A stretch of DNA of 64,000 nucleotides, from the IMG/VR virus record IMGVR_UViG_3300044798_000244, positions 1-64,000 of that record; one strand, 5' to 3'. The notes beneath the pieces are model-generated. The model did not search any database. It saw only the letters and a list, made by a program, of their open reading frames with translations, and was not told the origin of the DNA. Origin of the DNA: a virus (taxonomy: Duplodnaviria > Heunggongvirae > Uroviricota > Caudoviricetes). Every line of letters starts with the position of its first letter. Within the stretch, counting starts at the first letter, position 1. The translations under genes and the position numbers were made by a program. Shown here piece after piece: positions 29,031 to 37,698 of this stretch.

Positions 29031-30445
29031 TCACCTTATAGTGGGGTAGGTCATTTCTGCCTACCTCTGCATGTTACCATGCAGTTCAGACTATACCTTC
29101 ATCCCGTTATCCTATACTCCGGGAGGCTACCGTAGCCTCTACAATCTCTTGTAGAGACATAGTCGTTACACTGCTTTTTAAGCAGCTCGGTATTGTCCTC
29201 AGCATTACCTGGTAGGATGTCCACCGAATTGAGTAGCTTTCTAAATCGTTATTACTAACAATTCGAGGCCAAGTTACTAACCTCGCCACCAAGAAACTTC
29301 ACAAGCTCAGACTCAAGATCAATCCCATGCAATCTGTTACTTAGTAACCTATCTCCTGATAGGCGGATGAGTCATTTCTGCTCATCTCTACATGTCACCA
29401 TGTAGTTCAGACTATATCATCAACCAATGAATTGGTTGGCCGCCGTAGCCTCATGGATCACTCCAAAAGACATAGTCGTTACACCATTGTCATTGAAAAG
29501 AAACTTCTCAGTCCAGATAAGAAAACCTAAATTATTTTCTTTTGCGAAGATAGAAGCAGCTTTGAATTTTATCTGATTTAACTCATCTGATATGAAGATC
29601 TCAGGTTTTACTTCAACCAGAACTTGTTCTCCATCTTGTAGAGATACAAGAAAATCAGGTAGATAGTTATGAATGCTTCCATCCTTCAAAGTATACGCAA
29701 TAGAAAAAGGTTCAGCAACAACATCAAGAACATCAACACAAGCATCTAGAACTAACAAGGCCCGCTTCTCATAAGAAGATCTGTAGAAGACATTTTTGGA
29801 AAGCTGTGAAAGAAATAACCAACCTCGTTTGAAACAGGAAGGGCTGTTATTTCCTTCTAATTGAATCCTCTCTATCATAGATCGAGACATTTTAGATTTG
29901 GTCTCGAGCTTTCGAGGATAGGCAAGCTTCGCCATCCTCTCATCCGTTTCCTTTGTCAGGCCTTTATTCCATGCTGGACGATTTGCAGATGGATTTCCTT
30001 CCCCTGTTCTCTGCAGACTTATCTTCATCAATCGAAAATTATCTGTTTTCGTCAATCCTTTATTCCAAGGATCCTTGTGACCACGTTTCATTGCTTCTAT
30101 AGTTGTCTCTGGTAACTTTCTTCCTTTAAGAGATTTTCCATAGCATTCTGAAGAGCAATGAATCGTTGGTGTTGAAGCATAGTACCTAAAAACTTTCTTG
30201 CATATAGGACATATGCTCTCAACTGTTCTAGTATGCTTTCCTTTACCATTATGACCATGTAGATATGTGTTTCCTAACTTTACTACCCCACCACATCCAC
30301 AAGCACATAAACGAGTTGTTGCATCTGACTGAGTCATTTACTATTATACTTTTCAAAGATCTGGCTCGGTATTATCTCAAAGAGACGTCCACCGAATTAA
30401 GCAGCTTTACAACACACATTGCTGTATGAAGGGCCCATTTTATTA
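29006..30445 (-). mobile_element. putative group I intron, about 1.4 kb, interrupting the capsid gene and carrying an endonuclease ORF
   Basis: The capsid reading frame is broken. Exon 1 ends AAIDMQKA-stop and exon 2 resumes ...TGLDMIDEAAE, aligning with contiguous T4 gp23 (SIELAQDLRAVHGMDADAE). The flanks are non-coding and hairpin-rich, with GTTCAGACTATA / AUAGUC-type elements. Confidence 0.55.
29420..30337 (-). CDS. intron-encoded homing-endonuclease-like protein: zinc ribbons, NUMOD-like repeats, and a PD-(D/E)xK nuclease
   Basis: CACGCGG..HGHNGKG; CPICKK; repeats GHKDPWNKGLTK / RPAWNKGLTK. C-terminal YLPDFLVSLQDGEQVLVEVKPE fits PD...(E)VK. Confidence 0.55.
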   Translation of the reverse strand: MTQSDATTRLCACGCGGVVKLGNTYLHGHNGKGKHTRTVESICPICKKVFRYYASTPTIHCSSECYGKSLKGRKLPETTIEAMKRGHKDPWNKGLTKTDNFRLMKISLQRTGEGNPSANRPAWNKGLTKETDERMAKLAYPRKLETKSKMSRSMIERIQLEGNNSPSCFKRGWLFLSQLSKNVFYRSSYEKRALLVLDACVDVLDVVAEPFSIAYTLKDGSIHNYLPDFLVSLQDGEQVLVEVKPEIFISDELNQIKFKAASIFAKENNLGFLIWTEKFLFNDNGVTTMSFGVIHEATAANQFIG

Positions 30446-31324
30446 AGCCTTCTGCATATCAATCGCGGCACCCAGTGACCACTTAGCGCGCAGTGGGAAG
30501 TCAATCGCTTCCACAGCGGACTGCGTCACCGTCACGTTAACCTCAGGCACCCCATCCCGATTAGTGTATGCATCTACAGGCAGATCATACTGATAATCAT
30601 AGGTGACCAGAATAGTCGATCCACTATAACCAGCTGCAACTGTGAAGGAATACACACCAGCAGCCGTAATCGACCCATTTCCAGTGATTCCATCTCCGGT
30701 GATAACACCAGCAGCACTGCACGTACCTAACGTGGTATACGTAGTTCCAGATTTGGACTCAACCTTGGTATTCTCAAGATTGATCAGACCAGGAGCCTGA
30801 ACGACAGTTCCAGACTTAGCTCCGCTACCAGTTCCAACTGACTCACGAACAGTGCGAGCCATCGCATACTGACGCTCAGACTTTCCAGTCGCATGACCGG
30901 TCTTAGCACCGATCATCGTGTCGCCAGCAGTCACCTCACCCTTAGTAGTGCCGTACTGAACATCCAGATAGAACACGGAAGCAATACGCCGATCAATCGC
31001 CTGAACGATGGCAACCTCATTAAGGACCAGCGTCGGGATCAAGGCGGCAATCACAGGCAGTTGTATGCCAAGAAAATTCACCGAGTCCTCAGTCGTGGCC
31101 TCGAACACCTTGCTGTTCTGGCGGCAACCACACTCAATAATGGCATTGTACAAGCACTGTGCAATGTTACGCTGCTCATAAACCGAAATCTCCCGGCCCT
31201 GAGTCTCCTGAACCCACTTTCCAACAGATCGAACGAAGGGACGAATCTTGGGATGCTCCAACAGAGCCGCCCGTGACTCGTCGATCTTTTTCATCTCCAA
31301 CGAGATGGCTTCCTGAATATTCAT
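30443..31324 (-). CDS. gp23: major capsid protein gp23, exon 1 (N-terminal part). The terminal codons and stop are probably intronic.
   Basis: PVIAALIPTLVLNEVAIVQAID matches T4 gp23 RRAIPNLIAFDICGVQPM. AIDFPLRAKWSLGAAIDM matches AKSRQLKAAYSIELAQDL. AAGGAGA ribosome-binding site 8 nt upstream of ATG at 31324. Confidence 0.7.
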   Translation of the reverse strand: MNIQEAISLEMKKIDESRAALLEHPKIRPFVRSVGKWVQETQGREISVYEQRNIAQCLYNAIIECGCRQNSKVFEATTEDSVNFLGIQLPVIAALIPTLVLNEVAIVQAIDRRIASVFYLDVQYGTTKGEVTAGDTMIGAKTGHATGKSERQYAMARTVRESVGTGSGAKSGTVVQAPGLINLENTKVESKSGTTYTTLGTCSAAGVITGDGITGNGSITAAGVYSFTVAAGYSGSTILVTYDYQYDLPVDAYTNRDGVPEVNVTVTQSAVEAIDFPLRAKWSLGAAIDMQKA

Positions 31325-31355
31325 AATTAAATCTCCTTATCACACTTTTCCTACT

Positions 31356-34007
31356 TTACATCCAGTTCTTCATCAGACCACCAACCTGCTTATCCACCTT
31401 GTCCTGCTCAGGATCTACCGACCGCCCACGAACAACCACGTCCCTCAGTGACTGCGGGTGAAGTGCACCACGCTGAGCTACCTGGACGAGGCTCTCAATG
31501 AGTTGGTCGACATCTCCAAGGCTCTGACACTTCTCAAGAAGTGCTTGAGTGTTGTCATCAGCCTCCAGACGACAAGCGGACAACCGCCGGTCAAAGTAAT
31601 CCTTCAGAACTTCTATTCGACCCTCACAGATCGAATTACTAGCTGTTTTCACGAGCTCCTGCTGATGAGCAGTATGCTGTACTGAGATCTTCTCATTCAG
31701 TTTCTTCACATCCGGAGAAATTTTCTTGGCTTCAACGACCTGAGAAGCTTTCTTCTCAACCATAGTCCGAAGACCAATAATCTCAGTAGCTGCTGTTTGA
31801 AGTTTTTTAGACATGACCCGAATCTGAACATCGTTCTGACTTTTTGATGCTTCAAGCAGTGTGTCCCGCTCAGCACGAGTGCACGCTTCTTTAATCCGAA
31901 GATCAATCAAGGCGTCCAGAGGAGGAACAGTAACCTTAGATTCTCTCGGAGCATTTTGAGCTGCAGCAATCCTATCAGTAGTATTCGAAAGAGCTTGGTT
32001 GACCAGTTGATCAGTCTCCTCCGGAGTTCTATCAATCATTCGAGCAACGATAGGAACGGCTTCCCCATAATTAACATTTTTCTCTTTCTCAACTCGAAGG
32101 AACAATTTTAGAAGTCGGACCTCATCATCGGCAGTTACAAACTCATCTTCATCAACCTTGGACTCATCAGTCACCTTCTTTCGAGGTTTGTTGATCACAA
32201 TATATCCAATACCTTCTTCACCTTCATAGTCCTGAGCTATCTTAATCGCAGCTTGTTTAGAACCTGGACCATACTCGTCACCTGCTGGAAGGACAACAAA
32301 CCAACCCTCTTCTCCTTCATATCTAATCACCTGGGTCTTTTCGTATCTCTCATCAACCTTGGACTCATTAGGAATACCTTTTGGTGAAGATCGGGACCAC
32401 TGATCCTCAAGCTCATCTTCAGAACCTGCTTCTCTTTGATCTTCAGTATCATTTTCACCTTCAATTTCACTTTCAAATGGAACTTTGGTAAGAGAAGCTA
32501 TGTTTTTACCGGCCTGCATGATTTCAGATTTATCTGCTGATCTAATAAGAGTGATAGGTTCTGGTTCACCTTCAAAAACACCACAAAGACGATACTCTAT
32601 TTGTCCTTCCTCATCCTCGTGCGGACACACGACCAGAGACGTAAGACCTTCAACTGTCTCAGCGATCTTGGACTCATTCTGAGTCTTTCGTTTATACTGC
32701 CGGAGTTCGGATTTCAACCAATCATCACTACCATTACGTATGAGGTTCTGAGCAGCCGCATAGTCAAGCTTGTCTGGTGATCCAATACGATCTCCCCTAT
32801 CTTCTGGAGTCTCAGCGTTGATCTTTTTCATCCACCAAGTGACGAACTTCTTATCATAAGCCAGATTTTTCGCTACCACATCTGAATTCTCAGCGATCTT
32901 GGACTCGAATGGTGACATCTCTTCTTCCTTTTCGGCCTCAGGAGAACCAGGTCCTTTCATGTCCTCTAGAGGCGGATTCTCTGCAGCCATCTCACCAGCA
33001 TTATCAACTTCAGTTCCAGTAAGCCCAACATCTTCAGATGGAACAGCAGGGATCGCTGATGCGAAAACATCAACAGAACCATCAGACCGAATAGTTACCT
33101 TATCAGATCCTTCTACGGTCAGCATCTTGTTAGAGCCATCCGGAGTGGTAACTACGATGTCCATTCGACCTTCAGTAATCTTTTTGACAGAAGCTTTCGT
33201 GTATTTCATCTCACCTATCTTGGTTTTGATAGTCAAGGTCACGGCCTTACCTTCAGTCAGCTTGCCACTCTTGATCTGCTCAGCAACTGTGCTTTTGTTC
33301 ATTTTTGGTTCCTGTCCTTTAAGGCACTTGCAAGCACCACAATTCTGGCACTTGTTCTTGTGATTGCACCGCATTGATTCGAGAATCCGATGAGCAAACT
33401 GCTTCTCACCAGGTTTACTTTCGTTGGACTCAGCTGTATTACGAACAGCGTTAATAATGTTCCTCTTTACATCTAAAGGCACAGCATCAAATGTTGATGG
33501 ATCGGCAGTCGTGTCAGTTGTAATATATTTATAGCTCTCAGGAACAACTCGCTTAAAAGAAGTATCCCCTTCTTTTACCTCTTCAAGATCCCCTTCCGCA
33601 CGAGTACTGCATCCTACCTGGCATCCTGCCTCGAGCAAGGTGTTAACAATCCGACCACAAGGTGTATCCAGAATATCAAATGTTTGGTAGACCTTATTCT
33701 CATTCTCATCTATCCACATTCTATGTATAACATGAGAAGTCAACTGCAAATCAGATGCTGATTCCTTAGGGTGTTCAGCATGTCCATAAAGAGTTCTACT
33801 TTCCAACTTCCTCTGAAGCTCTTTGTCAGAAAGAACTTTCTCCCAGAGAGCTTGCTCATAAAGCCGGTTGTTAGCATTGGTTTCACCAATGTTACAAATG
33901 TTGTAAGTAACTCTGGCTAACACACCCGAAGGAAGCTTTTCATTTGAACCATGTAACCTGCCTTGTTCAGACATGAATTCATTCAGTATCATACTGCTAC
34001 TCCACAA
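31356..34007 (-). CDS. gp21: prohead core protease gp21, N-terminal about 200 aa, fused to an acidic extension of about 680 aa that may be scaffold- or core-like
   Basis: ETNANNRLYEQALWEKV, LYGHAEHPKES and FDILDTPCGRIVNTLLEAGCQVGCSTRAEGDLEE match T4 gp21 (DTVNRNGRVYPLAVMEAAV; VGELNHPTQHE; AIVLNTPCGRILEGLIDGGVLLGVSSRGVGSLDS). The rest is acidic, with LxE/IxE-rich coiled segments. Confidence 0.6.
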   Translation of the reverse strand: MWSSSMILNEFMSEQGRLHGSNEKLPSGVLARVTYNICNIGETNANNRLYEQALWEKVLSDKELQRKLESRTLYGHAEHPKESASDLQLTSHVIHRMWIDENENKVYQTFDILDTPCGRIVNTLLEAGCQVGCSTRAEGDLEEVKEGDTSFKRVVPESYKYITTDTTADPSTFDAVPLDVKRNIINAVRNTAESNESKPGEKQFAHRILESMRCNHKNKCQNCGACKCLKGQEPKMNKSTVAEQIKSGKLTEGKAVTLTIKTKIGEMKYTKASVKKITEGRMDIVVTTPDGSNKMLTVEGSDKVTIRSDGSVDVFASAIPAVPSEDVGLTGTEVDNAGEMAAENPPLEDMKGPGSPEAEKEEEMSPFESKIAENSDVVAKNLAYDKKFVTWWMKKINAETPEDRGDRIGSPDKLDYAAAQNLIRNGSDDWLKSELRQYKRKTQNESKIAETVEGLTSLVVCPHEDEEGQIEYRLCGVFEGEPEPITLIRSADKSEIMQAGKNIASLTKVPFESEIEGENDTEDQREAGSEDELEDQWSRSSPKGIPNESKVDERYEKTQVIRYEGEEGWFVVLPAGDEYGPGSKQAAIKIAQDYEGEEGIGYIVINKPRKKVTDESKVDEDEFVTADDEVRLLKLFLRVEKEKNVNYGEAVPIVARMIDRTPEETDQLVNQALSNTTDRIAAAQNAPRESKVTVPPLDALIDLRIKEACTRAERDTLLEASKSQNDVQIRVMSKKLQTAATEIIGLRTMVEKKASQVVEAKKISPDVKKLNEKISVQHTAHQQELVKTASNSICEGRIEVLKDYFDRRLSACRLEADDNTQALLEKCQSLGDVDQLIESLVQVAQRGALHPQSLRDVVVRGRSVDPEQDKVDKQVGGLMKNWM

Positions 34008-34798
34008 ATAGACCTGATTTTATCTTGAAAGAAAAGAGTCCAGCAACTTCTGTTTCCATTCACTCTGGAATTACAGGCAGCACACAATGTTATTAAGTTT
34101 TCTTGTTTACAGTTCTCTTTGATGTAATCTATGTGATGAACATCTAGCTCTCTGTAATTCTCCTCTCTTGTTCTACCACAAAGTTGACAGGTATTACCAT
34201 CCCGCTCTCTAATACAATTACGGAGCTTGTTGTTAAAAACACAAGGATATTCATCTTGGGATATTCCACCACACCAGTTGCAATTCTTTTCACCTCTTTG
34301 AGCATCACCTATACATTTCTTAGCATCTTCAGTATGATGACCACCGGAGAAAGTAACTCCTAGACCACGTTTACCAAAGTTAGCATTATTCACTCCTGTA
34401 TGCTTCTGCCTATTCTTCTCAATAGCCTCTTCTGTATGTTTATGGCCCTTCCAAGGATTTAGATCGCCCTTACCATTGTGACCATGAATAAATTCAGGAA
34501 TTCCAGCAGCTCTGTGCCACTCCTTAATAGAAATTCGTTCCCCGCATCCGCACTCACACAGAGGAGCCTCTTCTAGTCCACTTAGTATTCTATTCACTCT
34601 TGAATATAGTGAAAAATCACTTATCTTCTCATGGTTGAGAATGTACTGAGGAATTCCATTTTCTTTGTGAGAAGCTCGTACCTTTATCAAACCTTCACAT
34701 CCACAAGCACAAACTCTATCTGGATAGTACTCCAGATTCTTGTAGTCGTCCCAAACGAAATCATGTATGGAATTTTTAAGAATCATAAATGATGGCAA
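33989..34798 (-). CDS. HNH homing-endonuclease-like protein with zinc ribbons and a NUMOD-like repeat
   Basis: CACGCEG...CECGCGE...HGHNGKG. GHKHTEEAIEKNRQKHTG. C-terminal HNH motif LDVHHIDYIKENCKQENLITLCAACNSRVN. Overlaps the start of the gp21 fusion gene by 19 nt. Confidence 0.6.
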   Translation of the reverse strand: MPSFMILKNSIHDFVWDDYKNLEYYPDRVCACGCEGLIKVRASHKENGIPQYILNHEKISDFSLYSRVNRILSGLEEAPLCECGCGERISIKEWHRAAGIPEFIHGHNGKGDLNPWKGHKHTEEAIEKNRQKHTGVNNANFGKRGLGVTFSGGHHTEDAKKCIGDAQRGEKNCNWCGGISQDEYPCVFNNKLRNCIRERDGNTCQLCGRTREENYRELDVHHIDYIKENCKQENLITLCAACNSRVNGNRSCWTLFFQDKIRSICGVAV

Positions 34799-34864
34799 AG
34801 CTGTGATTTGATTCCTTTCTGGTTCACAGCCAGAAACCAGTCCTATAAAGATGGTCCAAAAGAT

Positions 34865-37348
34865 TTACAGTTTATAAACAGTCCAGAATGGTTTTCTATA
34901 CCACTTCTGTGAATCCGGCACGTTGCTACCAGTAATTTCAACACCTTGCTTCTCGTCAAGGGCTTTGACCGTGGCCTCTTCGACCTCTACTCGGAAACTA
35001 TTAGCATCAACGATCTGAACAAAATCTCCTACCTTCACTGGCTCGTCCTCAACTTTCGCTTCTTTCAGACCCAAAAGATCTTTAGCAATCTGGACGGAAC
35101 GTCGTTCGGTGGGCTCTTCACCCTCAGGACCAAATCCTTCCTCTTCATCATGCACACCCTGAGAAATGCTCTTGATATCCACACCTAAAATCTGAGCAAG
35201 GATTCCTGCATCAGACATTGTCCAACCTTCGTCATTCAACATCCCACGAACAAGTTCAACTCCTCTATTTCTACCTACTCGTCTAACCAAAGAATCAAGA
35301 AGTTGCTTAACTTGATCTACAGGAACCTCTTGATTTCGTTGAATATAAGCAGAGAACAGTTCTGATAACTCAATAATTTCATATTCACGTCTGGTAGACC
35401 CTGTATCCTCTTTCACGGGTCTCTTAGACTCATTCGGACCTGTTATTTTTCTTGGTGTTCCTATAACAGATTTGACATCCTTATTCCGCTTCATCATCAC
35501 CTTAGCATCATTCTCATCAAAAGCCATAACGCGAGTTGACTTCTTCTCACCACTCTGCAGAACAAAATCAACTTGGAACACATCTTTGGTCAGGGCAGTC
35601 ATATCCGAGTACTCATTCTCTTTGACTTGGTTTTTCTTATTCATTTTAGCTTCACCACATCCACCAGCTTCCATCTTCTTCAACTTCATATAGTACTTAG
35701 GATCTTCAGTTAGATGGTCCATGGCAATTTGCTGGGCTTTTGAATGGTCGTCAGTATGTTCCTTCTCGACCTTTGTACCAACTGCTAACTGCACTTTATC
35801 GAAGTCCCCAGGTTTCTTACCGGCGTTCTTGGCCAGACCATCTTTCTCTGCTTCGGCAATCTTAGATTCACTTTCCTTCTTGTGAACCTCACCTCTGAAA
35901 GACTTGTCATCAATATAACAGTACTTAACGTACTCACCTTCAGCCAGCCCATGCTCTTTATCTACACCAGAAACAGTACGAACTCGACCACCACGATCTA
36001 CACAGGACTGAAATCCTGCAGGCTCGTTCAGATTTTGCTCAGTAAGTTTTTGGATGATCTTCTCTTCGGAATCGTCTTTGTCTGAGGGGACTTTGCCTTC
36101 AGTAGCTTGTTCTTTCTGTCCACGGGTTTTCAGCTCATCTTCAAGCTGTTGGAGAGTCGTCTCATCATCAGGAGAGCGATCCTTTTTAGCCCGGAGCTGC
36201 TGAGCACGTTGGAGCAGAGAATCTTCACCAACCTCTTGTGTGACAGAAGGATCAAGATCTTCCTGAATACCGCTTCCGATCACCTCAGCATACTCGCTGT
36301 CATCAAGGTGTCCGAGAACCTCCTGAGCAAGGTCCTGAAGGCCTTGCTCAGTAAGCTTTCCACCAGCCATCTCATAGAGAGCTGCAAATTCAGGCTTGAA
36401 GCGGAACTCGCGGTTGTTAATCTGGACAACAATATCCTTACTGCCTTCATCAATAACCTGGATACTGAAGGTGTTTCCTTTATCATCTTTTACACTCATA
36501 GTCTCAGAGAGCTGCTTGGACTCTCGGGGCTTCACACCTTTCATATTTTTCTCTGCTGATAGAGGAACTTCTTCTTTAGGTTCGTTCTCTGCCCCTAAAG
36601 GCATCTCTTCTCCACCAGGCTCCTCACCTTCCTCTTCCTCAGCTTCAATTTCCTCTTCTTTCTGAGGAACTAAATACTTCATAACAACATCTCGCTCAAG
36701 TTCTGCGATCTTGACCTTATTACTGTCAAGTGCAGCAAGAATGAATTTCGCCACATCATGAGGATCAAGTTCATTCTCTTTCGCTGAGAACAGTTCTTTT
36801 CCCTCTTGATCAGTGATCTGTAGGTCTTCAGTCTCACCAGAATCGCCCTTCTTAGCAACTACATAGAAGTGAGTTGTGTCGTTCTGACCCAAGTAAACCT
36901 TATCAAAATCAGCTTCTACGGCTTCATGCTTATCATCAGGCTCCAATTCATCTGGTGCAGGTTCCTCTCCGACATCAGCACCTGGCTGAAAGTCCTTGTT
37001 AGGAATACCAGGCTGTCCATCATCAGTTGGACCAGCTTCAGTAAGTTTTTGGATGATCTTCTCTTCGGAATCGTCTTTGTCCGAGGGGACTTTGCCTTCA
37101 GAGGTAAAGATCTTCTGAGCTAACTGGCCTTCCCAACCAGGAGTCAAGGCTACACCCTCGGGAACAGCACCAGCCGGCCAGGACTTCGTCTCAAGGAAGA
37201 CCTCATAAGCAGCCATGTGGTCTTTATTAGCAGGGTCAAACCATTCGGTAATAGTTCTGCCTTGCGAAAGAAGCTCAGCAGACTCGTTGAGCATGTTGTT
37301 AATCAGACTCTTCTGCACTGTAGATCTCCTTAAAAGCTTAGAACCCAA
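34865..37348 (-). CDS. large acidic prohead core / internal head protein candidate carrying two copies of the EGKVPSDKDDSEEKIIQKLTE module
   Basis: 827 aa, about 25 percent Asp/Glu. Upstream of the gp21 and gp23 genes, as T4 gp67/gp68 are. Contains the segment VGTKVEKEHTDDHSKAQQIAMDHLTEDPKYYMKL. Confidence 0.4.
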   Translation of the reverse strand: MGSKLLRRSTVQKSLINNMLNESAELLSQGRTITEWFDPANKDHMAAYEVFLETKSWPAGAVPEGVALTPGWEGQLAQKIFTSEGKVPSDKDDSEEKIIQKLTEAGPTDDGQPGIPNKDFQPGADVGEEPAPDELEPDDKHEAVEADFDKVYLGQNDTTHFYVVAKKGDSGETEDLQITDQEGKELFSAKENELDPHDVAKFILAALDSNKVKIAELERDVVMKYLVPQKEEEIEAEEEEGEEPGGEEMPLGAENEPKEEVPLSAEKNMKGVKPRESKQLSETMSVKDDKGNTFSIQVIDEGSKDIVVQINNREFRFKPEFAALYEMAGGKLTEQGLQDLAQEVLGHLDDSEYAEVIGSGIQEDLDPSVTQEVGEDSLLQRAQQLRAKKDRSPDDETTLQQLEDELKTRGQKEQATEGKVPSDKDDSEEKIIQKLTEQNLNEPAGFQSCVDRGGRVRTVSGVDKEHGLAEGEYVKYCYIDDKSFRGEVHKKESESKIAEAEKDGLAKNAGKKPGDFDKVQLAVGTKVEKEHTDDHSKAQQIAMDHLTEDPKYYMKLKKMEAGGCGEAKMNKKNQVKENEYSDMTALTKDVFQVDFVLQSGEKKSTRVMAFDENDAKVMMKRNKDVKSVIGTPRKITGPNESKRPVKEDTGSTRREYEIIELSELFSAYIQRNQEVPVDQVKQLLDSLVRRVGRNRGVELVRGMLNDEGWTMSDAGILAQILGVDIKSISQGVHDEEEGFGPEGEEPTERRSVQIAKDLLGLKEAKVEDEPVKVGDFVQIVDANSFRVEVEEATVKALDEKQGVEITGSNVPDSQKWYRKPFWTVYKL
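36040..36103. repeat. dispersed 62-65 bp repeat, copy 2 of 3
   Basis: cagtaagtttttggatgatcttctcttcggaatcgtctttgtctgaggggactttgccttc. Confidence 0.85.
37037..37100. repeat. dispersed 62-65 bp repeat, copy 3 of 3
   Basis: cagtaagtttttggatgatcttctcttcggaatcgtctttgtccgaggggactttgccttc. Confidence 0.85.
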
Positions 37349-37664
37349 AAATTGAGCCCACCTTTACATTATAGGAATCTTCGACATTATCTGTGTTTGC
37401 TGGAGAACTTCCAGCTTGAGTATATACAACAATGTCGTATGTATCAGGAGGGAAGTCTGCTGGGATCACTACTGGAAACGCTCCAGTAGTACTTTTCTCA
37501 GTCATGGTAATTGTTGAATTCTCCCAGGTGGTAGTGGCTGACATCACCTCAGCTACTGTATCCCAGATTGATGCATCTGCCCGACGAACAATCCGGAAGT
37601 AGTACTTAGCGCCAACTGTGTATCCGCCTGTAGCATAGAAAATTCTATCAATGTATGAATTCAT
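37338..37664 (-). CDS. hypothetical protein
   Basis: 108-aa ORF. Confidence 0.35.
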   Translation of the reverse strand: MNSYIDRIFYATGGYTVGAKYYFRIVRRADASIWDTVAEVMSATTTWENSTITMTEKSTTGAFPVVIPADFPPDTYDIVVYTQAGSSPANTDNVEDSYNVKVGSIFGF

Positions 37665-37698
37665 TTTTATCTTCGTCCTATGAAAAGGCTATCTTCTA

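Noticed and set aside
28440-31324. Alternative reading of the capsid gene as two independently expressed half-genes separated by a free-standing endonuclease gene, or as an intein
   Set aside because: An intein is excluded because the insert is not in frame and contains stops. Independent half-genes cannot be ruled out from sequence alone. The hairpin-rich non-coding flanks and the nested-ORF geometry favour an intron, and this is flagged for experimental check.
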